From IMG/VR virus record IMGVR_UViG_3300010429_001737: DNA of 64,000 bases. One strand, written 5' to 3'. A model generated the notes under the pieces. That model saw nothing but the letters and a program-made list of their open reading frames with translations. It was not told where the DNA came from and did no database searches. Origin of the DNA: a virus. Its lineage: Duplodnaviria; Heunggongvirae; Uroviricota; Caudoviricetes. Position numbers and translations under genes: made by a program. This document shows positions 58,127 to 64,000 of this stretch, in pieces (the first letter of the stretch is position 1; each line of letters opens with the position of its first letter).

Positions 58127-60228
58127 AAAAACGAAATAAACTAATAATCGCAGGAACAACATTATCAGTATTATCGATAATAATCTTTATTTTGTTATAT
58201 ACTACATTTTCTACAAGTATTTCTCAAGGAATCTACGTTCAAACATATTCTCAAGCCGAAATTGATGACTTTTGTTCAGGAACTAATGAGTTTTGGTCTG
58301 TTAATTCAATAACAGTCAATTCACCAGCTATGTCAAGTTTACCTAGTAATTCGATAATATGTAATGTTCAATCACAATCTGGTAATGCATATTTCTATTA
58401 TTATCTTAAAGGTGTCGGTTCAGTAAATAATGATATTCATGTAAATAAATTTTACAAGGGTACAACTCCTTCAGTTATAAGTGGTATGCCTTTTAAATGT
58501 TCAAAAGGTTTATATGATAACATGTGTATTGTTTTACGAGAAGACGGAAACTATTTAACTTCAACATCTCAATATACTTCAGCTAATACAGAATTCGGAA
58601 CATTTGTCGTAGTATCAGAAATGCAAGGGACTTCTTCGACATTAACCTATTCAACACCTCTTAATCAGGATGCAGTATTAGAACAAAAAATTAAACAAAT
58701 TGAATCACTAACAACTACGATTAATGAAAAAACATCTATTATTAATACATTAAGTGCTACTGTAACTGAAAAAGCTAATATTATAAGTGGTTTGCAAGTT
58801 TCTCTAGAAGAAAAAGCTAATATTATCGAAGGCTTAAACATGAATTTAGCAGATAAGGCAAAAATTATAGACGAATTAAACTTAAACTTAGTTGACCAAG
58901 CAAGAACAATATCCCAATTAGAGTCAAACATTGCTAATCAGGCAACATTAATAAACAATCTTAATCTTAAGGTTTCTGACCAGGCTACATTAATAAATAA
59001 CTTAAATCTTAATATTGCTCAACAAGCGGATTTGATAAACCACTTAAACGTTACGTTACAAGAAAAAGCTCAATTAATAACTCAATTGAATCTTAATATA
59101 AACGAACAGAAAGCTATTATTGACAAATTAAACTTAAAAACAAATGAACTAGGAGTTATGATAAACAATTTAAATCTTAAATTATCAGACCAAGTAAACT
59201 ATATTAAGCAGTTAGAACTCAATATACAAGAACAAGGTGATATCATTAACCAGTTAGAATTAACAGTAGCCGAAAAAGCAAGTTTAATCAATCAACTAAA
59301 TCTTAACATAAACGAACAGGCTAAATTAATTAACAACTTAAATCTAAGGCTAGAAGAGAAAATAGCACTAGTAAAACAATTAAATATTACTAATGAAGAA
59401 CAAGCTCAGTTAATAGAACAAATGAAAGACAGTTTTTCTGAGCAGGCTAATGTAATTAGTTCACTTCAACAAACTATCCAAGAAGATGCTCAAGATATAA
59501 AAGCATTAGAATTAAGTCTTTATAATGAAGGACAGATTATCACACAATTGAAACTGGCTAACGATAAACAAGCTCAACTTGTAATAGCATTAACAAATAA
59601 GGTTAATGAACAAGCCCAGATTATCAATGGGATGAATATTACATTACAACAACAAGCAGAAATCATTAAGAATATGGGACTAAATGTTGGAGACCAAATC
59701 GAATTAGTAAAGCAATTAACTAGTAAAGTTAGTGAGCAAGGAGTAATAATAGCTAATCTTAATTTAAAAATTGATGATGATGTTAAAACCATAAAGCAGT
59801 TACAATTATCTATCGCAGACCAAGCTCAGATTATAAAAGCATTAAATTTAAATATTAATGAACAAGCACAAATAATTAAACAATTACAATTGTCTAATGA
59901 AGACTCTATTAAACTAATAAATGAATTAAAACTTAAGGCTGATGATTATGCTAAATTAATCGATGAACTGAATTTAACATTAGAAGATAAGAATCAAATA
60001 ATCACTGGATTACAACTAACATTAGAAGAGAAAGAAGCTTTAATTAACTCATTAAATATATCACAAACAGAAAAGGATGAGTTAATAGCACAGTTAAGAG
60101 GTGAAGTTATTAGATATCCATATTATTTATGGGGAATAATCGCTGTATTAGGTATTGCATTTTTGATAATTTTAGTTTACACCATTAAACTATCGAGAAC
60201 TAAAAAGAATACTGTTTGGAACATATAA
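58123..60228 (+). CDS. membrane-anchored coiled-coil protein built from about 30 tandem 14-residue (two-heptad) repeats
   Basis: N-terminal TM, a globular domain, then the repeat [LI]I(N/T)(N/Q)LNL.(I/L)..Q(A)x with a 42-bp DNA period from about 58700 to 60100. C-terminal TM helix WGIIAVLGIAFLIILVY. Confidence 0.6.
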   Translation: MKKRNKLIIAGTTLSVLSIIIFILLYTTFSTSISQGIYVQTYSQAEIDDFCSGTNEFWSVNSITVNSPAMSSLPSNSIICNVQSQSGNAYFYYYLKGVGSVNNDIHVNKFYKGTTPSVISGMPFKCSKGLYDNMCIVLREDGNYLTSTSQYTSANTEFGTFVVVSEMQGTSSTLTYSTPLNQDAVLEQKIKQIESLTTTINEKTSIINTLSATVTEKANIISGLQVSLEEKANIIEGLNMNLADKAKIIDELNLNLVDQARTISQLESNIANQATLINNLNLKVSDQATLINNLNLNIAQQADLINHLNVTLQEKAQLITQLNLNINEQKAIIDKLNLKTNELGVMINNLNLKLSDQVNYIKQLELNIQEQGDIINQLELTVAEKASLINQLNLNINEQAKLINNLNLRLEEKIALVKQLNITNEEQAQLIEQMKDSFSEQANVISSLQQTIQEDAQDIKALELSLYNEGQIITQLKLANDKQAQLVIALTNKVNEQAQIINGMNITLQQQAEIIKNMGLNVGDQIELVKQLTSKVSEQGVIIANLNLKIDDDVKTIKQLQLSIADQAQIIKALNLNINEQAQIIKQLQLSNEDSIKLINELKLKADDYAKLIDELNLTLEDKNQIITGLQLTLEEKEALINSLNISQTEKDELIAQLRGEVIRYPYYLWGIIAVLGIAFLIILVYTIKLSRTKKNTVWNI
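58700..60100 (+). repeat. 42-bp (14-aa) tandem repeat array encoding the coiled-coil region of the 58123 gene
   Basis: LINNLNLKVSDQAT / LINNLNLNIAQQAD / LINQLNLNINEQAK and similar, about 30 units. Confidence 0.6.
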
Positions 60229-60229
60229 A

Positions 60230-60475
60230 ATGAAAAAACAGACTAAAAGAAGATTAATTTATTTTGGTGTTGGGTTAACAGTAGCGTTAATCGTATTCTT
60301 TATTTATAATTACTTTTTTCCAATTGAGATATCAATGACCGAGATGTCCGCAATAGGAACAGGAACGGAGACTCAAGCTGTCTCACCAGAGATTGTCAGT
60401 AGTATAATCGGCGCTTTAGGTGGAATAGTTGGCGTTGTTATTGAAAGTATGATATATACCAAACATCGAAGATAA
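60230..60475 (+). CDS. small membrane protein
   Basis: TM helices at both ends. Confidence 0.4.
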   Translation: MKKQTKRRLIYFGVGLTVALIVFFIYNYFFPIEISMTEMSAIGTGTETQAVSPEIVSSIIGALGGIVGVVIESMIYTKHRR

Positions 60476-60505
60476 TTTTATATACTTATTATTATTATAC
60501 TATTC

Positions 60506-60817
60506 ATGAACTTTAAAGAGAAAATCAAAAAGAATTGGGATGTATATATTCTAATCGGGTTATTAGGAAGTATTTTCTTGTTCTATTTAGCATTAGAATT
60601 ATGTACCGCTGATGTATCATGTTTAGGTTATATTATACCGATACTTATTTCCTTTCAAGTAACTATGCCGTTCTTTGTCATAGCTATAATTAGAAACATC
60701 AGAAATAAAACATTAGGCCATTGGAGATGGATTGTTATAGGTATAATTGTGATTTTATATATCTATGTTTTCTTAGCAGATTTTCGGGTATATAATCCGC
60801 TAATATGGTTCAAATAA
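60506..60817 (+). CDS. small polytopic membrane protein
   Basis: Three TM helices. Confidence 0.4.
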   Translation: MNFKEKIKKNWDVYILIGLLGSIFLFYLALELCTADVSCLGYIIPILISFQVTMPFFVIAIIRNIRNKTLGHWRWIVIGIIVILYIYVFLADFRVYNPLIWFK

Positions 60818-60851
60818 CAAAGTTTATATATTTCTTTTTGTTACATAGTTT

Positions 60852-61130
60852 ATGACATTATTAGACCTAGACAAGATAAGCAACATGACCGAAGCTCAAT
60901 TTGTTTCATATGCTCATAATGCTACTGCATTCCCATCATTATTGATTTTATGGTTCTTTACAATGTTAGTTCTATTCTTAGTAGGTTTCTTCAGTGTTAG
61001 TAACAAAGAAAAGTTTTTAACTATATTCTTTTTTACATTCATTGCAAGTGGAATAGTGTTATGTTTTCTGTTATTTTTGCCAAACACGACTCAAGTAGTT
61101 ATTACCTTCTTTAAAGATTTGTTTTTCTGA
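60852..61130 (+). CDS. small membrane protein
   Basis: Two TM helices. Confidence 0.4.
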   Translation: MTLLDLDKISNMTEAQFVSYAHNATAFPSLLILWFFTMLVLFLVGFFSVSNKEKFLTIFFFTFIASGIVLCFLLFLPNTTQVVITFFKDLFF

Positions 61131-61135
61131 AATAA

Positions 61136-61159
61136 AATTAACAATAATATTTATAAAGG
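61136..61159 (+). promoter_or_regulatory. class A promoter-like motif
   Basis: Exact copy upstream of the ribosome-binding site and start at 61214. Confidence 0.6.
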
Positions 61160-61213
61160 TCTAATTCTTTGTATACTTATGACATTTATACAAGTGAAAG
61201 GAGGTATCGTATA

Positions 61214-61567
61214 ATGGCAAAGAAAAATCAAATTGGAGCAATATTAGCAGTAATTGCTCTATTGGCAGTATTGCTGTTAGGAATCGTAGAAGCCTCTGGT
61301 ATAATCTCAGTATCAAGTTTCAATACGTGGATTGTTTTAGCAATCATCGCTGTTGGTGCTGTACTAGGATTTTTGAACGTTAAAGACGGCGAATCTCTAC
61401 CATTCATGGTTGCTGCATTAGTAATTGCATCAGCTTTAACAGGATTAGCTGCATTACCATTTGTAGGAGACTGGTTACAAGTAATCTTCGGAAGATTAGC
61501 ATTGTTAATCTGGCCTGCTGCATTAGTCGTAGCTGGTATGGTATTCTGGAAAAAAATAAAGAATTAA
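61214..61567 (+). CDS. highly expressed small polytopic membrane protein (117 aa, Ala/Leu/Val-rich)
   Basis: Class A promoter followed by a perfect GAAAGGAGGT ribosome-binding site 8 nt before ATG 61214. The upstream extension in the ORF track is probably not translated. Four hydrophobic helices. Locally higher GC. Oligo-T tract after the stop. Confidence 0.6.
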   Translation: MAKKNQIGAILAVIALLAVLLLGIVEASGIISVSSFNTWIVLAIIAVGAVLGFLNVKDGESLPFMVAALVIASALTGLAALPFVGDWLQVIFGRLALLIWPAALVVAGMVFWKKIKN

Positions 61568-61607
61568 TTGTTATATTTTTTCTATTTTTTATTTTCTTTA
61601 TTTTCAG
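61568..61607 (+). terminator. oligo-T tract downstream of the 61214 gene
   Basis: TTGTTATATTTTTTCTATTTTTTATTTTCTTTATTTTCAG. Confidence 0.4.
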
Positions 61608-61614
61608 TATAAGT

Positions 61615-61634
61615 GTGTAACTAGCTAGTTACAC
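61615..61634 (+). promoter_or_regulatory. perfect 20-bp palindrome GTGTAACTAGCTAGTTACAC
   Basis: Lies between the oligo-T tract after the 61214 gene and the class B promoter. A half-site, GTTACAC, recurs at about 54643 in the equivalent position before the other class B copy. Confidence 0.4.
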
Positions 61635-61650
61635 TAATTCTATAGCAATG

Positions 61651-61675
61651 TTTATATACTAGATTATGTTATATA
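61651..61675 (+). promoter_or_regulatory. class B promoter-like motif, followed by the AAAAGGAGGT ribosome-binding site
   Basis: Same 25-mer as at 54665. Drives the 61711 gene. Confidence 0.5.
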
Positions 61676-61710
61676 TTTTATGATATATAACATAAAAGGA
61701 GGTTTTATCA

Positions 61711-61902
61711 ATGGGTATAAAATTTAAGTGCAATGATTGTGGAAAGACTGTTGAATTTCCAGACACTCCAAACGCTGACACAGACCCCTACCAAAAGATA
61801 GCTTTTGGTATATATTCGACACTAGCAAATATTGGTCTTTGTCAAGAATGCGAAAAAGCAAGAAAAGAGAACAAGGAAGAATTAGTCCACAATTACGCAT
61901 AA
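61711..61902 (+). CDS. small zinc-ribbon protein (CxxC...CxxC)
   Basis: CNDCGKT ... CQECEKA. Class B promoter and AAAAGGAGGT ribosome-binding site upstream. Confidence 0.5.
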   Translation: MGIKFKCNDCGKTVEFPDTPNADTDPYQKIAFGIYSTLANIGLCQECEKARKENKEELVHNYA

Positions 61903-61915
61903 ACAAAGAAACCTT

Positions 61916-61938
61916 TATATACTAGAATCTAGTATATA
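61916..61938 (+). promoter_or_regulatory. perfect 23-bp palindrome TATATACTAGA-A-TCTAGTATATA (class B core; candidate operator/TATA)
   Basis: 11-nt arms around a central A. Followed by the GAAAGGAGGT ribosome-binding site and ATG 61971. Confidence 0.5.
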
Positions 61939-61970
61939 TTTTATGATAAAACAAATGAAAGGAGGTCACA

Positions 61971-62204
61971 ATGAATAAGTATTTTAAGTATGGATTATAT
62001 ATGCAAATACCGACAGCCGGCATATTAGGCGCATTTGTCCTATATTGGCTAATTAATAACGTTAATCTATTATCGCTATTAAGTGGTATATTTTTTGCTG
62101 CAATAGCTCTATACTTTATAGCTTCGTTCGTTCTATTAATAGTTGGTGCATTCGTAGAGGCTGATAGAAAGAAGAAGGAAGCAGAAAACGGTGAATATTA
62201 TTAA
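61971..62204 (+). CDS. small membrane protein, possible partner of the SPFH protein
   Basis: Palindromic class B promoter and GAAAGGAGGT ribosome-binding site. Two TM helices. Overlaps the SPFH gene start. Confidence 0.45.
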   Translation: MNKYFKYGLYMQIPTAGILGAFVLYWLINNVNLLSLLSGIFFAAIALYFIASFVLLIVGAFVEADRKKKEAENGEYY

Positions 62205-63081
62205 AATGGAACAAATTACTTTACTAATAATAATCGCCTGTGCTTTCTTTGGTGTTATAGTAGCCTTATTAGCCTTTCTCAGAGTTGTTCCTCAATATAC
62301 ACGAGGAGTTAAATTAACATTCGGACGATATAGTGGATTAATGGAACCAGGTCTTAATTTCATAGTTCCTATTGTTCAAACATATGAACTTGTCGATATA
62401 AGACAGCGAACAATTGATATGCCACCTCAAGAAGTTATGACAAAGGATAATGTAAACTTGAAAATAGACGGAGTTGTTTTCTATAACGTAATTAACCCAA
62501 AGGATGCTTTCTTAAATGTATCTGATTTGCGTTCTCAGATAGAGGACAAAGCAACTTCTGAACTAAAGGAAGTTCTTAGCACTAGAACAATGTCAGAAGC
62601 TTTATCCCAGAGAGAAAACATTGCTAACGAATTAATGAAAAAACTAGAAGGAGCTGTAAACGACGAAGATGCACCTAATGATAAGACAAAGGCATGGGGC
62701 GTTACTATAAAAAGTGTTCAGATAAACAATATAGAATTGCCAAAGGAATTAACTCGAGCTATGGCTAAACAAGCTGAAGCAGAGAGAGAGAAAGAAGCTA
62801 GAAAGACTAAAGCTGTTGGAGAAGAAGAAGCTTCAAAGAAGTTCGAAGAAGCTGCTCAAATTTATAACAGAAACCCAGCTGCGTTAAGACTAAGAGAGTT
62901 ACAAACATTCCAAGAAATCGGTGTAGAACATAACAGTTTAATGATTGTAATCCCATCTAGTATGTCAAGTGGTAATGCGAACTGGACAATCCCGTTAGGA
63001 AGACAAGAGATGACAGAGCAAGAAAATAAAGCCAGAAAAGAGCAACTCCAGAAGAATAGAAACCGGCTAGAATGTAAGTAA
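62191..63081 (+). CDS. SPFH/band-7 (stomatin/prohibitin/HflKC-like) domain protein
   Basis: N-terminal TM. RGVKLTFGRYSGLMEPGLNFIVPIVQTYELVDIRQRTIDMPPQEVMTKDNVNLKIDGVVFYNV...WGVTIKSVQINNIELPKELTRAMAKQAEAEREKEA is a classic stomatin core with a coiled-coil tail. Confidence 0.8.
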   Translation: MNIIKMEQITLLIIIACAFFGVIVALLAFLRVVPQYTRGVKLTFGRYSGLMEPGLNFIVPIVQTYELVDIRQRTIDMPPQEVMTKDNVNLKIDGVVFYNVINPKDAFLNVSDLRSQIEDKATSELKEVLSTRTMSEALSQRENIANELMKKLEGAVNDEDAPNDKTKAWGVTIKSVQINNIELPKELTRAMAKQAEAEREKEARKTKAVGEEEASKKFEEAAQIYNRNPAALRLRELQTFQEIGVEHNSLMIVIPSSMSSGNANWTIPLGRQEMTEQENKARKEQLQKNRNRLECK

Positions 63082-63082
63082 A

Positions 63083-63121
63083 TTTTTATTTTTTCCTTTT
63101 TATTTTTATTTTTTCTTTATT
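63083..63121 (+). terminator. oligo-T tract downstream of the SPFH gene
   Basis: AATTTTTATTTTTTCCTTTTTATTTTTATTTTTTCTTTATT, followed directly by a class A promoter. Confidence 0.4.
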
Positions 63122-63124
63122 AAA

Positions 63125-63148
63125 AATTAACAATAATATTTATAAAGG
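63125..63148 (+). promoter_or_regulatory. class A promoter-like motif
   Basis: Exact copy upstream of the 63176 mini-gene. Confidence 0.6.
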
Positions 63149-63175
63149 ATGATTTCTTAATACTAATAAGAAAAA

Positions 63176-63295
63176 ATGGCTGGAAAAATAATTGTTAAGA
63201 ACGCAGTAAGAAGAGAACCTGGATTTCTCTATTATGTCGACGGTAGTGGTAATGTTTGTAAAGCCAAAATGAAACGAGGTAGAAAGAAAAAATGA
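63176..63295 (+). CDS. small basic protein (39 aa)
   Basis: Class A promoter 28 nt upstream. MAGKIIVKNAVRREPGFLYYVDGSGNVCKAKMKRGRKKK. Below the track size cut-off. Confidence 0.35.
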   Translation: MAGKIIVKNAVRREPGFLYYVDGSGNVCKAKMKRGRKKK

Positions 63296-63384
63296 AAAGA
63301 AGATTTTTAAAAAAATACAAACCCGGAAAAGCAGCCAAAAAAAGAAAGGCTTTAGATGAATTAAAACGAAGGAGAAAACAATGA
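63292..63384 (+). CDS. tiny basic protein (30 aa)
   Basis: ATGA-coupled to the preceding mini-gene. Extremely Lys/Arg-rich. Confidence 0.2.
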   Translation: MKRRFLKKYKPGKAAKKRKALDELKRRRKQ

Positions 63385-63509
63385 GTAAAAAAATGGATTG
63401 GGTTAATGCAGAAATGAAAAGACAACTTAGTGGCAAGTCTCTTACTCCTAAGCAAAGACAAAAAATCATGAAAGTTATATGGAAGGAGGCTAGGAGAAAA
63501 TTTGATTAA
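63381..63509 (+). CDS. small basic protein (42 aa)
   Basis: ATGA-coupled. MSKKMDWVNAEMKRQLSGKSLTPKQRQKIMKVIWKEARRKFD. Confidence 0.25.
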   Translation: MSKKMDWVNAEMKRQLSGKSLTPKQRQKIMKVIWKEARRKFD

Positions 63510-63585
63510 AATGACTTTTTATATCATAATAAAAAATATTCATGGAGGTTTGAAAAATGGCTAAGAAAAAGAAAAAAAGATAAAA

Positions 63586-63602
63586 GCAGAGAATCCCTCT
63601 GC
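63586..63602 (+). terminator. short hairpin GCAGAG-aatcc-CTCTGC followed by a T-rich stretch
   Basis: 6-bp stem and 5-nt loop after the basic mini-gene cluster. A weak terminator candidate. Confidence 0.25.
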
Positions 63603-63692
63603 CTTTATCGACAAACCTCATTATTTAATCTTTTAAAATTATTTATTTTTAATTATAGTAAAATTTATAAACTCTAATTCTATTATATTTTA

Positions 63693-63908
63693 ATGAAAAC
63701 GCATATCACTCATTTATACAATACTTTATACCGAGATGCTCAGAATGCGTCTAATCTAAAGGCTTTAAAAATCATAGAATACCGAAGTAAAAACTACATT
63801 AAAAACGCAGAAAACAGCGGTATATCATCTTCTAATAAGAAGTTTTTACTAAGAAAACACAAGCGATTATTAAAGATACTAAGTGAGAAAAGGAAATCAA
63901 TTTCTTAA
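63693..63908 (+). CDS. hypothetical basic protein (71 aa)
   Basis: Preceded by a TTTATAAACTCTAATT promoter variant, which is also found at 11155. Confidence 0.4.
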   Translation: MKTHITHLYNTLYRDAQNASNLKALKIIEYRSKNYIKNAENSGISSSNKKFLLRKHKRLLKILSEKRKSIS

Positions 63909-64000
63909 GTATACCTAAAATAAGACCATTTAATAGCTCAAAATTAAGCCATAAATGCCTTATAATGAAGATTTTTTATTCACCCTTAGGTTTTCTATGG

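Noticed and set aside
10771-63148. Possibility that the repeated 24-nt intergenic motif is a CRISPR array or a MITE
   Set aside because: Copies are separated by kilobases and whole genes, not by short unique spacers. Each sits at a fixed distance upstream of a start codon with TATA-like core, which fits a promoter. No terminal inverted repeats or target-site duplications.
1-64000. Eukaryotic giant-virus (NCLDV) origin, suggested by intein-bearing primase-helicase, SNF2 helicase, Ubl enzymes, AT-richness and glycoprotein-like giants
   Set aside because: Strong Shine-Dalgarno sequences (AAAGGAGGT) at optimal spacing, pervasive ATGA stop/start coupling, operon-like co-orientation and tail-fibre motifs all indicate a prokaryotic (archaeal or bacterial) system.
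1-64000. tRNA or rRNA genes
   Set aside because: No rRNA-like GC-rich conserved blocks are present. I could not pick out any cloverleaf-compatible 70-90 nt segment in the few intergenic gaps (3461-3559, 10532-11185, 53281-53491). Short tRNAs cannot be excluded without a dedicated scan (tRNAscan-SE/ARAGORN).

Overview
This 64 kb window is AT-rich and looks like a virus, provirus or integrated mobile element of a prokaryote that uses Shine-Dalgarno translation; I suspect an archaeon but cannot prove it from sequence. Every convincing gene lies on the + strand, and many are translationally coupled through ATGA stop/start overlaps. I recognise four blocks. (1) Positions 1-10.5 kb: a ubiquitin-like conjugation cassette (zinc-ribbon protein, JAB/MPN+ metalloprotease, E1-like adenylyltransferase, small beta-grasp protein ending in Gly). 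Behind it sits a replication module: an HNH endonuclease, a primase-polymerase/RecA-family helicase fusion interrupted by a LAGLIDADG intein, a PD-(D/E)xK nuclease and an SNF2-family helicase. (2) 10.5-11.2 kb: a gene-poor spacer holding mini-ORFs, one of which resembles the glycyl-radical C-terminus of the anaerobic ribonucleotide reductase NrdD. (3) 13.6-57 kb: a surface/structural module. It contains two paralogous giant proteins (2500 aa and about 3065 aa) with Ig-like repeats, LamG domains and C-terminal membrane anchors, two tail-fibre-like proteins, and a family of Cys-rich membrane-anchored proteins. (4) 57-64 kb: small membrane proteins, a 701 aa coiled-coil protein built from 14-residue repeats, a strongly expressed small polytopic membrane protein, a stomatin (SPFH) domain protein and a run of tiny basic proteins. 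Two conserved promoter-like intergenic motifs recur. One is AATTAACAATAATATTTATAAAGG. The other is a TTTATATACTAGA palindrome followed by a strong GGAGGT ribosome-binding site. Oligo-T tracts follow the highly expressed genes, and the secreted proteins are dense in NxS/T sequons. I saw no rRNA or CRISPR array, and I could not pick out any tRNA by eye.
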